Of a DNA stretch of 64,000 nucleotides, positions 38,433-52,415 are shown one piece after another; within the stretch, counting starts at the first letter, position 1; the number at the start of each line of letters is the position of its first letter. The stretch is from Octopus sinensis (lineage: Eukaryota). The notes under the pieces are model-generated. The model was not told where the DNA came from. It was given only the letters and a program-made list of their open reading frames with translations, and searched no databases. Made by a program: the position numbers and the translations under genes. The stretch covers positions 6,634,001 to 6,698,000 of the forward strand of contig NC_043006.1 in assembly GCF_006345805.1 (NCBI RefSeq), in the 5' to 3' direction.

Positions 38433-40351
38433 GATTTACAGGATCATGCACAAAGTGGTTTCATCACTCAAGCGTACCATCTTTTCTATATTCACCAACT
38501 TTCTATTGAAATGTTTCATGAGACAAAAAATCCCGTTTTATTCTCACCATCTTTTTCAGGTGGTACTTGAAAAAGTTGATGAGCGATTGGCCAGAGAGGA
38601 AAGTGTTTGTCTCTAAACCTTTCGCACGAGTCCACCACACACATCATTTCATCATAGCCACCAGTACAATGAAAACTCCCTTGTCTTCCCGGTTAAAGGA
38701 AGGTAGCGGAGGCAATATTCACGACAGAACTTTTGTACATATTTTTGAGAAGTATTTTTGAAAAAAACCTACTGCATTAAGGTAAAGAGATTTCAGTGTA
38801 TTGTGTGTGTTTTGTGTCACGTGTAAAATTTCTTTGTGTTGTGGTGGTGTTGGGTCTGAGTGATTTTTTTGTTTTGACATTGTCGTTTGTTATGGTGTTG
38901 TTTGACATGCATAAGATCTGGTCATCAAATCTAAGTAGAGACTTCAAACTTGAAATCTTCAAAGCCACAGTCGAACCAAGTCTGCTATATGGCTCAGAAA
39001 CCTGGACGTTATCAAAGAAGCTTGAGAGGCGGTTGGATGGAACCTACACTCGCCTCCTTATGAGAGCTCAAAATCTCCCGTGGAAGCGCCATCCAACCAA
39101 AATGCAAATATATGGGAAACTACCACCTGTGTCATCTCTTGTGAAAGGTAGAAGAGTCCAGTTTGCTGGACATTGTTGTAGAGCTGAAAAAGAGGTAATT
39201 TCTACTCTTCTCCTCTGGAATCCATCTACTCGCAATACCAGAGGGCGCACAATCTCCTACCCTGATGTAATCTCCAGGGATACAGGCATCCAGCAACAGG
39301 ACCTCCGTAATGCCATGATGGACCGTGAAGTCTGGCGTAGCATGGTAAATTCCATTGTCTCGACAACAGTCAAACAATGATGATGATTGACCTACTGTAT
39401 TGCATAAGGTCTGACTTGTTTGTGTTTATTACTGTCAGCATTGTGAATTCCTTGTGTCTTTCTGTGTTTGTGTCAATGTTTTCGTTTTATGCGGATGTTT
39501 TGGTTTCTGGAGTGGTAAATCTCCCCGCTTTGTGTGTTTGTTTCTCTATTCATTTTTCCACTTTCTCTCCTCCCCCCTGTGGCCACTTGCCCTTCTTCTG
39601 TGTTATCCTCGTCGGAGGACATGTCGGAGGAATCAGAAAGTAGGAAGGGGATGGTATTGGGTCTATTTCTTAGTCTGTTAATGTTCATTTTTTGTTGGTG
39701 CTGGTTGATGACGGTTGGGATGGGGTGTGTGTGTTTTGAGGGGATGGGGTATGATTCCTTTTGATTTTGGTCCTTCTACAGTTGTTGTTGTTGGTGGTGG
39801 TTGTGGTGATGGTTTTGTTTCTTCTGTTCATGGCTCTGATGGTGGAGTCGTTTGGTTGCGTTGGCTTGTTGGTTGCTCATGCCCTTCCATTTGTTGGTAG
39901 AGAGGTTTTATCAGCTGTGTATATGGCGATGTGGGTTGCAGTGCTGGTTTTCATTTGTGTTTTTGGTTTTCTTGTTGTAGATTTTGTTGTTGTTGTTGTT
40001 GTTGTTTTTCGTGTTGTTGTCCTTGTTGCTGTTACTCCTTCAATATTGTGCAATCAACTTTTAAGTGGTTTTTGCTGCCACAGAGGTGACAGCGTGATCT
40101 TCTGCCATCAACGGTGACATGCATGGTGGTACTGTCTAGCAGTTTTATAAGATTTGGAATATTTTCTATCGCTTCTTGATTTGCTTAAACCAAGATTTTG
40201 AAAGCCTGGCCTATCCAGTTCTGTTGAGCTAGGATGGCAATTTCCAAGATGTTAATAACTTCTTCAGAATTGTAGCTGATGGCTGACAGCAGCCATTGTG
40301 CTTCAATTTCAGGGGGCCCATCTTTGATTTTAATTTTGTGATCCTACGACC

Positions 40352-40352
<1 letters not shown>
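38122..40352 (-). mobile_element. Internally deleted Tx1/L1-like LINE (ORF1 zinc knuckle, ORF2 C-terminus, 3' UTR)
   Basis: At ~40050-40130 the minus strand reads MHVTVDGRRSRCHLCGSKNHLKVDC (CX2CX4HX4C). At ~38520-38700 it reads FIVLVAMMK*CVWWTRAKGL...SGQSLINFFKYHLKK. The 3' end is GGCTAATAAAGAAAC. GATA/GACA repeats lie at both ends. Confidence 0.7.
38907..39385 (+). mobile_element. 5'-truncated RTE-clade LINE nested in the Tx1-like element
   Basis: KIWSSNLSRDFKLEIFKATVEPSLLYGSETWTL...RRVQFAGHC...MDREVWRSMV with a (TGA)n tail. TTGAC occurs at both junctions. Confidence 0.85.
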
Positions 40353-40391
<39 letters not shown>

Positions 40392-40418
40392 TACATAGAT
40401 AGATAGATAAAAAGATAG

Positions 40419-40470
40419 ATTTCTTTATTAGCCACGCAGGGCCGAACTCAGAGGGTACAATACAATGGAA
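40419..40470 (-). mobile_element. Tx1-like LINE 3' terminus in a GATA repeat
   Basis: TTTCTTTATTAGCCACGCAGGGCCGAA lies directly after (GACA)n(GATA)n. Confidence 0.6.
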
Positions 40471-40846
40471 TGTGTTTTCAGTATGTGTGTTGACGTTGTT
40501 CAACTATGTGTGTGTGTGTGTGCGTGTGTGTGTGAATGTAATTCAACACTTTCCCACTTCTTTACAAAGTTCAATAATACCGGGAAATTAATATCCATGA
40601 AAGACGATGGAACGCTGGCCGCTTCAGCCAAGTTATCCATTCTTCAGGAGAGATTGAATTTTTAAATGAAATTTAAAGAGCGAAAATACACCCTAGCATG
40701 TAAATTTTTTGTAAGAGCGATTCACTGAGTAGAAAGGTGATGTTCTTAACCAACTGTTGACAAAAATTCAATATAAACAAACATATATAAAATACGAGAA
40801 ATTGTTTAGACTTAGGCAGACGAAAGCGAGGACAGCCAATGACATG

Positions 40847-40847
<1 letters not shown>

Positions 40848-40914
<67 letters not shown>

Positions 40915-40940
40915 TAGATAGATAGATAGATAGATGGATG

Positions 40941-40974
<34 letters not shown>

Positions 40975-41092
40975 CAGACAGATAGATAGATAGAGAGATA
41001 GATATATATGTAGATTGATAGACAGATAGATAGATAGATAAATAGAAAGAAAGATAGATAGATAGTTAGATAGATAGATTGATAGATAGATA
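40848..41092. repeat. (GATA)n/(GA)n/(GACA)n compound microsatellite
   Basis: Direct inspection. Confidence 0.95.
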
Positions 41093-41590
41093 TGTTTCTT
41101 TATTAGCCACACAGGGCTGCACACAGATAGAACAAATTACAAGGTAGAGCTTTTCTTTTGAAGGTTTAAAAAAAAAAGGAAGGGGGAGTTTCGATCAAAA
41201 GGGATCGTAAAAGGAGAGAAAGAGGACAAAAAAAAGGAGGGTTAAAAAAAAAGGGGGAGAGGAAAAAAAAAAATTGATCAATAGGGATCGTTATCACAGA
41301 AATGTCAATATGAAGTGTAAAGGGGAGGACAGGTGAGGTTTACCCGTGGAAAGAAAAGCCTACGGAAAAGACCACGGTAACCTCGGTCAATGGAGTCACA
41401 TGTTATATTTCTTTTTTTTTTTGCAAATAAGCAACTCTCTGTTTTCAATTTCTGGGTTCATAGGATTATGCTCAAGGTGGCTTCGTCATTCATACGTGCC
41501 ATTCTTGCTACATTCACCCATCTTTTTTTAAAACATTCGCTAGACAAAACTTGCCTCTCTACTCTCACTTTCCTTTTCAAGTGGTACTTA
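41093..41590 (-). mobile_element. Tx1/L1-like LINE 3' end in a GATA repeat
   Basis: KYHLKRKVRVERQVLSSECFKKRWVNVARMARMNDEATLSIIL* plus a UTR with AATAAA. GATA repeats lie on both sides. Confidence 0.75.
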
Positions 41591-41625
41591 AGATAGATAG
41601 ATATATAGATAGATAGAGAGATAGA

Positions 41626-41657
<32 letters not shown>

Positions 41658-41963
41658 TATGCAGCATATTAAGCAAATTATAGAAACATTAAATATAAAT
41701 TCATCCAAAACTTCATAGACTGTCGACATCATAGAAGAAGAGCAGACCGATAGTGCCTGTGCACTACAGAGATAATAATGTATATTATAAGTTTGCAATA
41801 TCGGACATTGAACACATGAATCAGCATTATTACTGTTCTGTCACGGGTAACCTCTGTGCTTTCAGTGTTCAAATCCCACAGCTTCTACTAGAAATGCTGA
41901 CAATCTGTGAAGTGCATTAAAGTCTCTAGAAATAAACTAAACTTGAGCAGGAAAATTATGACA

Positions 41964-42357
41964 TCTTTATATATAAAAGTGAAGTTGTGTGTCTGTCTCC
42001 TACGATTTAGATCCCTAACTACTCCCACATTTTGCGGTGCAGTTTAACCAAAACTGGGTATCTTATAGTCGTGATTCATATCGAGCCCTTCTGGGTATTA
42101 GCGTGCGTCTACGATGAGTCTACGATTTAAAAAAAAATTTACCATCATTTTTTCCATTTTAATGCATTTTTTCGCTATTACATAAGGGAAGTAACTCTCT
42201 AAAAATGTCTACGATGAGTCAACGATTTAAAAAAAAAATTACCATAAATTTTTTCCATTTTTAATGCATTTTTTTGCTATTTCTTGGCTATAACTCTAAA
42301 AATACTTATATAGTTATTTCCCTTACAAACCCGAGCAACGCCGGGCGATACTGCTAG
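41964..42357 (+). mobile_element. Non-autonomous Helitron, copy 2
   Basis: A|TC...hairpin...CTAG|T, with an internal duplication of the TCTACGATGAGTC...TTTAATGCATTTTT block. Confidence 0.85.
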
Positions 42358-42712
42358 TACCAAATAAATCTACACATGAAATTTCAGTCAACCAATGCAG
42401 AGTGATTTTATGTGTGACTGTGCCAGCTGCTAATTGCAATATCATGCGTATAGATAATTACATTATTGACCACCGTACCAAATCGAAATATCACCACATT
42501 GTAAAGAACATATTGAACTTCTTTTCAAAAGAAAAAACAAAAAATTTTGCTTGACAAATGACCGGAAAATGACTGAGTTTTTAATAAAACAAGCAAGAAA
42601 AAAAAACATTAAGTCAGCCAAACACTAGAACACAATAATAACAAAAATAAACAGAACAAAAAGAAGAGCGACAACAACAAAAACAGGAATAACAACAACA
42701 TTAATAATAATG

Positions 42713-42789
<77 letters not shown>

Positions 42790-43419
42790 CAGTATGATGA
42801 AGACGACGACGACAACATAAACAGAAATAACAACATTAATAATAATAATAATAATAAATAATATAAATTGTGTTAATGTAAAGAAAGAATAAATGATATG
42901 AGAAATGTCCTCAAACAGACCAATAAATATTTAATGCATTCTGTTACCAAAACAACATAAAACCTGTTTTATAAAATGCGAAGAAAGAATAATAATAATA
43001 ATAATAACGGCAATGATGTCCGCCAAATGGAAAAAGTAAATCGCAAATAAATGAACACTTCAAAAATAAGTCTATAGAAACAAAAACCAAAAAAAAAAAA
43101 AATAACAACAAATGAAAATAATATCCAATGAAACAACGGAAACCACCTCATGAATTAAAACTAAAGCATCAGTCACCCTCGACACGTGACAAAAAGAAAG
43201 AGGACCCAACCGACAGAAACAAGTTGCATAAAAATATTATGGAAACATCAAGGGTTTCATACGGTGTGATGCTTAAGATGTTTCAAAACAGCATATTTGA
43301 AATGAAGCAATACATTACATCATAAATTATGCATTCTGTATTTGGCTACAAGAAAAATTTTCCATGTAAAATATACGAACATATATAGAGGCAGGCACAC
43401 ACACACGTTTATACCTCTA

Positions 43420-43820
43420 CTAGCAGTATCGCCCGGCGTTGCTCGGGTTTGTAAGGGAAATAACTATATAAGCATTTTTAGAGGGTTATAGCCATAAAAT
43501 AGCAAAAAAACGCATTCAAAATGGAAAAAAAAATGATGGTAAATTTTTTAAAAAATCGTTGACTCATCGTAGACATTTTTAGAGAGTTACTTCCCTTATG
43601 TAATAGCGACAAAAATGCATAAAAATGGAAAAAAAATGATGATAAATTATTTTAAAAATCGTAGACTCATCGTAGACGCGCGCTAATACCCAGAAGGGCT
43701 CGATATGAATCACGACTATAAGATACCCGGTTTTGGTTAAACTGCACCGCAAAATGTGGGAGTAGTTAGGAATCTAAATCGTAGGAGACAGACACACAAC
43801 TTCACTTTTATATATAAAGA
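43420..43820 (-). mobile_element. Non-autonomous Helitron, copy 3
   Basis: Reverse complement of copy 2 with A|TC and CTAG|T junctions. Confidence 0.85.
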
Positions 43821-44048
43821 TATCTTTTATTTTTTGCTTAGTTCTTGTAACTGAGCCGCGGCCATGTCCGAGCATCACCTGGAAGGCTTGAAAGATATCC
43901 CAGAGTTTACGTTTTCTCACGTCGGTCACTTATTGTAGCACGCACTCTTTCCGAACCGCTACGATGTAGGATCGTCATCGAACGAAAACGGCTTGCCAAG
44001 TGGCTGTGTCTGAAAATATAGACACAATTGCACACACGCGCGCACAAA

Positions 44049-44107
<59 letters not shown>

Positions 44108-44215
44108 CACACACACACACAACACACACACACACACACACACACACATGCACACACACACATCTGTATACGAAGGTTTTCCTCGCAAATTCCGGATATC
44201 AAATTTGGTACTTTT

Positions 44216-44455
44216 AAGGCGGCGAGCTGGCAGAAACGTTATCACGCCGGGCGAAATGCTTCGCGGGACTTCGTCTCTGCCGCTACGTTCTGAGTTCAAA
44301 TTCCGCCGAGGTCGATTTTGCCTTTCATCCTTTCGGGGTCGATTAAATAAGTACCAGTTACGCACTGGGGTCGATATAATAGACATAATCCGTTTGTCTG
44401 TCCTTGTTTGTCCTCTCTGTGTTTAGCCCCTTGTGGGTAGTAAAGAAATAAGTAT
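44216..44455 (+). mobile_element. SINE family C
   Basis: AAGGCGGCGAGCTGGCAGAA...GAGTTCAAATTCC (B box)...CCTTTCATCCTTTCGGGGTCGAT. Homologous to 44896. Confidence 0.85.
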
Positions 44456-44895
44456 TTGTCAGCTTGGAGCTATAGAAAACGCTACTTGTCGAAGATTCGG
44501 TGTGGTGAGGTTGAGTCTGAATCCACGTCGATGAAAATCAAGATTCTAAATCACACAATCATACCCTATCTACGATACACCCATGTTTATCTTTTATTAA
44601 CTTAATTACTAACTCATCTTCTCATCGACTTAAATGGATCTAGCTTTCATCTAAATAATTAATCATGAAAATACTTGATTTTACGTAACAATGCTAACCG
44701 CCGAATGAGATAGAATTATTAGAAATGATTGATTTAATAAATCAATAATTATCATATTCAAAGAATTCGACTCATATATCAAACTAATCACAAATCATGA
44801 ACTTTTATACTTTCCAGAGATCGCAGTCAAATTATACAAACTTTAATATACTCATCTACCAATTAATGGAAGAAATGTTTTACAAGAACGAAAAA

Positions 44896-45125
44896 AGGCG
44901 GTGAGCTGGCAGAAACGTTAGCACGCCGGACGAAATGCGTAGCCGTATTTCGTCTGCCGTTACGTTCTGAGTTCAAATGCTACCGAGGTCGACTTTGCTT
45001 TTCATCCTTTAGGGGTTGATAAATTAAGTACCAGTTCACTGGGGTCGGTGTAATCAACTTAATCCGTTTGTCTGTCCTTGTTTGTCCCCTCTGTGTTTAG
45101 CCCCTTGTGGGTAGTAAAGAAATAT
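44896..45125 (+). mobile_element. SINE family C
   Basis: 15-bp TSD TTTTACAAGAACGAA on both sides. Confidence 0.88.
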
Positions 45126-47159
45126 ATTTTACAAGAACGAATATTCATCTTTGTCATAAAGAAAGCAGCAGATTTTATAGTGAGACACCGAGTGCAATTG
45201 CTAATATACAATATGAGACATAGCCTTATCAGCATGTGGATTTATTTCAATAAAGTACATGAAGCAATCTACACCAAAATTTACACAAAATGTACATAAA
45301 GTACTTAGAGAAATATAAATGAAATTTTGCATGAAATGTAGGAAGTCGCTACTGCCTTCCTTATAAGCTGATATTACCCTCAAATTAAGCAAATGCTTTC
45401 CAGTTGTGGATAAAACGCTTAAGCTTCCCGGCATCGTATGTGTTTATCTTTCAGAAAAAATAAGTTTGTATCCAGCTACTACTGCCTTTGTAATATAAAC
45501 ATTCAAATTTCCCATGCATATATATTAAAATCCCAGATATTATAAACTATCTGAAGAACACATTATCCGAAAAACAGTTTGGAATTTCAGAAATCCACTA
45601 AATAGTGGTTTCAATAAAACTGCGTATATAGCGCTACAAAGTAAATAGCAGCTTGTGCGTGAATAAAACGAGCATTATACAAATAAATATACCTTAATGA
45701 TTACTGTTCGCTTCCTTTGTAGAATAAATTTATCTAAATTGGGAACCCTTAATTTGCATAAGATTTCTATCGTAAGCAATGGGGATATTTCAGTAAAAGA
45801 ATTAGAAGTTGTAAATTGGGATTGAGAATGAGAGTATAATCTGAACACAATGCTAAGAACATAACATTAAACTGAAATCTTTATGCTATAAGATATCAAT
45901 TATTTCACATAACATTATTAATTATAAGATATCAGATATAAGACATACACACTACATTAAAAGGAACACTGGACCTGAGCGTGTTATAGTCGAAAACTTC
46001 AGTGATCACCATTATTCAAACAATAAATACGTAAAAGAAATGTTGCTAATGAAAATAACAAATTGTAAATCTGATAAAATAGATGATTAACATTCACAAC
46101 ATGAATTGGAAACCTCAGTATAATTTCGCAAGTAATTTTCAAATGAAGATTGAATTGTGTTCAATACTATAAGAATTGATGTGAAAAGAGATTTAAAAGA
46201 AATATTTGATTATAGTTGTCGCATACAAGACTGTTTTCACGTGTATGAAGTTAGACTGAACTTGTTAACCTAACTATTGAGTGAACAAGTTATATTTAAA
46301 TCTCACCATTTAAAAGAGTATGTTGAAAATAATAGCTAAAATACTTCGAGAGATGTGTAGGAGTAGGCAAAAAAGGGAGTCAAGAGGAAATGGCAATAAA
46401 AGAGCATACTGAATTAAGTGAGTATCTATTGTTTAGTGTATATAATTTTATGTTGAAGATTTCTTTCGATACATTAGCAAATGTCACTATCAGAAAGAAA
46501 AGTTCTACTTTTAATCTTTCAATTGCATTTTCATCTTACAATACGAACAAATGGAATTTAAACATCTTTCTAGTTGATTTATGTACACACACACACACAC
46601 ACACGCGCGTGCGCGCACACACAGACAAACGTAGTTTACTGTTCGTTAAGGAAAGATCAATAAAAAAGTATTCCATCAAATGAGATATATATATCATTTA
46701 ATGTACAAAGCAGAAAGGTACGAGCTAATATTTTCTTGCTTTGGACATGCGCACCTTGGTAGGGTTATATAGCACGCCTTGTGTTCACAAGCTATTTCTT
46801 GGCTCTGATCACATGATCTATTTAATTTGCAAATCAAGTAAAAAAAAAAAAAATTCACGGGGAAATAACAGTAAGAAAGTGCATGCAAAATAGGGGTGGG
46901 CGAAGTATTCACCCATTAAGTGTAAAGCTATGGTTAAGCTAGTTGTACAACAATTCAATGCAGAAGGGTCGAAAGACTGCGAGATATCTGCACAATTTCG
47001 AGAGAGATCTGTTCCTCATTCTGCCAAAAAGAATTTGCCCATATGCTTGCATATACTAAAAATGTCGGATCTAGATTTCAGTAATGCGGTGCATTTCTGA
47101 GATCCGTTAATATATGGCATGGATTTCTCAATAATTCCCCATTCGATTATATGTACTGT

Positions 47160-47352
47160 GCATAAACCTTTTTTAGTTTCTCTCTCCATTTTTATTTTCT
47201 CTCCCTGTTTATTTCTGTGTTCCTTTCTGTTGAAGAGCGTAGGCTCGAAACGTAAAAGACTTTCTCACTTCCCGAGCGTTAAACTAATACATCTGTTTGT
47301 TGTTTACACACCCGTCTTCGTCTTTTGATTTTTTTTGGTAAATTCCAACTAT
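47160..47352 (+). mobile_element. Short element with minimal hammerhead-like motif (A6U core)
   Basis: 47223-47258 reads CUUU-CUGUUGA-A-GAGC GUAG GCUC-GAAAC-GUA-AAAG. An inverted copy lies at 47651-47773 and a homolog at 63720-63888. Confidence 0.65.
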
Positions 47353-47364
47353 ATATATATATAT

Positions 47365-47590
47365 TGGTAAAACGGTAAGATAACAAAAGATAACAAAAGA
47401 AAGAAAGAGACCTCAATATTATGTAAATAGAGGAAATTTATCTATACAACAATATGTTACATTACTCAATAGTCAAGATAAAACTCTGAGTTTCAGATGC
47501 CGAAGTGGGAATCCACGACATCTCTTCGGTTATCTGGCTATTTTCAAATAGCCAGATATCTTGACTATTGAGTAATGTACATATTATTGT
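47365..47590 (-). mobile_element. Homolog of the 17117 element with U4C hammerhead (47476-47535)
   Basis: Minus strand reads AGAUAA-CCGAAGA-GAUGUC GUGG AUUC CCAC UUC GGCAUC U-GAAAC-UCAGA-GUU-UUAUCU. Confidence 0.7.
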
Positions 47591-47602
47591 ATATGTATAT
47601 AT

Positions 47603-47650
<48 letters not shown>

Positions 47651-47655
<5 letters not shown>

Positions 47656-47773
47656 GGAATTTACAACAAAAAAAGACGAAGACGGGTGTGTAAACAACAA
47701 ACAGATGTATTAGTTTAACGCTCGGGAAGTGAGAAGGTCTTTTACATTTCAAGCTACGCACTTCAACAGAAAG
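47651..47773 (-). mobile_element. Inverted, decayed copy of the 47160 element
   Basis: Reverse complement of 47222-47352 with substitutions in the ribozyme core. Confidence 0.75.
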
Positions 47774-48140
47774 TTTTCACAAATCACATGCTCTTAACAT
47801 CGGAGTCGGTATTCTTGGGATTATCACAGTATAGTTCGTTTTATCCTTGGGCATCCGGTTGATCATCATTGATTCATTTCATCAGGCAATACTGCATTAT
47901 TGGATGATTCACAGACGGATGTTTCTCCTTTCTTGCCAGTATGAAGAGCCATCTGTCTATGTGGGTATTTCTGTATGTACTCGATAGGGGAGGTAGAGTA
48001 CGGGAGCAGAAGAAGGAACAGTAGTAATATGAGGATTGAGGCGGGTTTGGTGTTGTTGGACTTCTCCGATCTTAAGGATAAGATTTCACTCAGCTGATTT
48101 AAGGATGGCCGTATATTTATTATTATTATTATTATATATA

Positions 48141-48178
<38 letters not shown>

Positions 48179-48407
48179 CACAATGGAGGCGAATAGTAAT
48201 CATTAAGATATATTTATTTGTACAAAGGAATTTGAAGATGGGAATGCAGTTCATGTGAAAAGGTGTATTTCAGAGAAGAAATCCATGTGAAGTTGTGGCA
48301 ACGATGCAGTTCTTAGAAATGGGATTAAAAAAAATATTTTAGTATTATTGTGTCATTAAGCATTGCCAAGTAGTCAATTTTTCACTGACTGGAATGTATA
48401 TATATAT

Positions 48408-48828
48408 CTCTTTCTCTTTTCTCTTTTACTTGTTTCAGTCATTTAACTGCAGCCATGCTGGAGCACCGCCTTTTTTTTAGTCGAGCAAATCGACCCCGGG
48501 ACTTATTCTTTGTAAGCCCAGTACTTATTCTATCGGTCTCTATTGCCGAACCGCTAAGTGACGGGGACGTAAACACACCAGCATCGGTTGTCAAGCAATG
48601 CTAGGGGGACAAACACAGACACACAAACACACACACATATATACATATATATATATACATATATACGACGGGCTTCTTTCAGTTTCCGTCTACCAAATCC
48701 ACTCACAAGGCATTGGTCGGCCCGGGGCTATAGCAGAAGACACTTGCCCAAGATGCCACGCAGTGGGACTGAACCCAGAACCATGTGGTTGGTTAGCGAG
48801 CTACTTACCACACAGCCACTCCTGCGCC
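48408..48828 (-). mobile_element. SINE family B
   Basis: Reverse complement of the 25958 copy, flanked by (TA)n. Confidence 0.9.
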
Positions 48829-48851
48829 TATATATATATATAATATATATA

Positions 48852-48889
<38 letters not shown>

Positions 48890-48906
48890 TATATTATATA
48901 TATAAT

Positions 48907-48940
<34 letters not shown>

Positions 48941-49087
48941 ATATATATATAATATATATATATATATAATATATATATATATATACATACACACAAAAAT
49001 TCAAAAACTAGAGTAGTGGGGAGATATATGTACAATGATGGGTATGTAATAGGGAATTAAAATGTAGAGAGAGAGACCAAAGTTGGT

Positions 49088-49760
49088 TATGCGTGCATAT
49101 TTAGACGTGTTCTCTGTTCTTCGATGAATAAAGTTTCTTTATATTTTCTTATATACACCAGTGCAAAGAAATTGTATCTTTGCACTGATAGAAGGGGAAC
49201 ACTGTGAAATTTGGTTTAATGTTACCTGCACATCTCTCTATCTGTTCACTTAAAGGAATGTCTCTGTATTGCGGAAATCGGCTCTGCTCTTTATGTAGAG
49301 TGGTGGTTCTCCGTCTCAATGTCATACTACTCTGTCCTATATAGTGATGTCCACAGCACGAGCAGATTATTACATAAACTAGATTCTCAGAGGCACAAGT
49401 GAAGTTGGTTTTAATTGTGAACTTCTCTCCTTGTTTGAAGAGGAAATCCCAGCCTTCAAGTAGGCTGGGGTGTGTTCCACAGTTTGGGCGACGATAGTTT
49501 TTAACCGTTGGTTTCGTAGTTGCTATGTAAAGCTTCACACTTGTTAGAAGTCTCTTTAGGGATTTGTGTTGCTTTTTGCATTTGATGAATGTATGTGCTT
49601 TCAGGATGTTGTTCATTGTTGGGTCTGTAGTTAGTAAAGGGAGATTTTGCACAATAGTGTTGTACGCCTCATTCTTTCTAGGGTTGTGAGTTGGTATATA
49701 CAGTGGTGTTTTGATATTGTCTTTCATTTAGTGTTTTTCTGAGGTCTAGAAGACGAAGGT
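49088..49760 (-). mobile_element. Penelope-like element, GIY-YIG endonuclease region
   Basis: THNP...FTCASENLVYVIICSCCGHHYIGQS...LRRR. The frameshifted end reads RKYKETLFIEEQRTRLNMHA*. Confidence 0.85.
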
Positions 49761-49869
49761 CCCGAGGAGTTCTATCAGACACTATTGATCATCAAGATTT
49801 TACACTATTGATCAAGATTTTACCTGATCAACTGACAAATCGAAAAATGATCATTGCCGCAACATATCA

Positions 49870-50380
49870 AGCAGTAACAGAACGTTCAGAAGTTGATTAG
49901 AAAGAATCGGTCAGATCACAGCCGCCCTTCTTTGACAGCAAAGGATTCTGAATTGATAACGGTTTCATCAAACAGTGAATCTGAAAAGGGATTAGCAGGC
50001 GGAGATGAAGTTTTTCCAATTCCGTTTTCCATGAAACGAAAGGTATTTCCAAGAACTAGCTTCTGCCTGAGACCGCACCGGTGTCTCAATCATGTTGTTG
50101 CTCTTCATACAAGTTCGGTCATCGCGACTTAACGGAAAGTACATATAGTGAAAATTCTTTCGTTATAGACAGATCAAAGGTAAGGTGGGAACGATCCAGA
50201 AAACATAAACCCCTGCACCAGGAAGGTAAGCCACGTAAGCCACATAAACCACTGGCTGCCTGTGTATTTTGATGGAAGGAGAAGAGAACCCTCATAAGTG
50301 AACAAATAGAAAAAAAACAACATTTTCCTATTTCAAGAATAACACATTTCATTGATAGTTGTGAAATCGGAAGATGCCGG
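49870..50380 (+). mobile_element. Degraded hAT-like (hATm-type) transposase remnant
   Basis: Frameshifted motifs DRTGVS, VIDRSKVRWERSR and VYFDGRR occur in the expected order. Confidence 0.5.
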
Positions 50381-50504
50381 TTGGTTCATAAAGAGATTTG
50401 TTATTTCGTTACATTGTTTTTACTGTCGTCTGGTTATCTTATTTATTGTACGTAACAAATTACGTTACAACAGTATTTTATATTATTTTTGCTCCTTTTG
50501 TTTT

Positions 50505-50720
50505 AAGCGACGAGCTAGCAGAATCGTCAGTACGATGGACAACCTTTTTAGCTGTATTTTGCCTGTCGCTTCGTTCTGAGTTCAAATTCCATGGATGTTG
50601 TCTTCGCCTTTCATCCTTTCCGGGTCAATAAAATAAATACCACTTGAACACTGGGGTCGATGTAGTCTATTCATCTCCACTTCCCCCAAGCTGCCCTTGT
50701 GACAAAAATCTGAAATAATA
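50505..50720 (+). mobile_element. Degraded SINE family C
   Basis: AAGCGACGAGCTAGCAGAATCG...GTTCTGAGTTCAAATTCC...CCTTTCATCCTTTCCGGGTC. Confidence 0.7.
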
Positions 50721-51507
50721 TCATTTTTGTTCCTTGCTTTAGTTAAAATATTATACTTGCTAGTATCCATAATTCTTCTGCATCCAACAATGAAATCGTG
50801 ACTTTGTGTTTTATTTACTTATGTAGTTTTTGTACATTTGTACTTTTGCTGTGTCAAAATAGTTAAATATAATTGTTTGTAACCATCATTCAAATTTAGC
50901 GCGTAATGATGTTTGTATGTTTGTAACAGTGTATGGGTAGGAAATACAGTATGCTTATGTTTAATTGTGTACACGAACACACGAATACATGCGCACATAC
51001 ACACACGAATACATTCATACACATGCATACTCACTCAGACATACGCCTGCAAGTCTGAATATCCTCTCACTTATGTGTATCGTTATACACAAACACGTTC
51101 ATATACATGCACAACACACCGACATATGCATGTACGTGCCTACGCTGTAGTGCTTACACACATGTATAAGCAATACATACATATACATTGGTATCAACAT
51201 GCACATACAGATATACATGCATACAGATAGCCACATACATGCATTTCTAACTATCTCAGCATACATGTGAGTGTGTTCTGATACAGATACATCTATAGGC
51301 ACAACTGTCATGCTCGTGCATGACAGTAGTGTATACACAGTGCACGAAAATGTACGCATGGGTACTCACGCATTTATTATTATAGCTGGCATGCACGAAC
51401 ACATGCATTGCATGAAAGTGCCCGTGCATAAGTCCAAACATCACACACACACGCATGCACACATACGCGTATATATATATATATATATATATATATGCAT
51501 ATATATA

Positions 51508-51539
<32 letters not shown>

Positions 51540-51551
51540 CTATATATATAT

Positions 51552-51584
<33 letters not shown>

Positions 51585-51633
51585 GCATATATATATATAT
51601 ATATATATAATATATATATATATAATATATATA

Positions 51634-51693
<60 letters not shown>

Positions 51694-52297
51694 CATGTGT
51701 GTGTGTGTGCACTTACATATACACACACACACACACACATTCCTACGCAAATAATTTTGAGAACACTCGCTATGACAGCGGCTCCAACAATAGATGTATA
51801 AGAAAATAATTCATACGTTATTGTAATATTTCCATTTTGAAATTTTGAAGCATTGAAATGTACTTAGTTTATACGTAGGCATAGGATAAATGATTCTTCA
51901 TATTCGTTTATATGCTTGCTCTTTGAATTTAATATTTCCATACATTTTAATAGATATAAATTTCGAAATTTGCAACCTGGCTTACAGTGAATGGCATTTC
52001 TTATAATAGACCAATATATTGAGTATTCTATATATTTGTTTAACTCCCATATAAGCGTGGTCAAAGATATATTCGTAGATCTTCTCCAATAAGATATGTG
52101 GTTGTAATAATCCCAAATTCAATTTAGTAGAAACAGGGTCTATATATCGGTATGTCTTCCCTAGAACACATTTAGGTTTTAAAGTGCTAGGCGATTTAGT
52201 CGACAATTATATAATTGAATTATATATGGTCTTATAATGTTACAGTTATTGTTATTGCGTTATTTTATCCATTTTGAAATATAATCCTTATCACATC

Positions 52298-52415
<118 letters not shown>

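Noticed and set aside
38796-39380. 194-aa ORF as a host membrane protein
   Set aside because: It is a chance fusion of antisense Tx1-like sequence with an RTE C-terminus.
47880-47900. CTGATGA on the minus strand as another hammerhead
   Set aside because: No properly placed GAAA, stem III or stem I partner was found.
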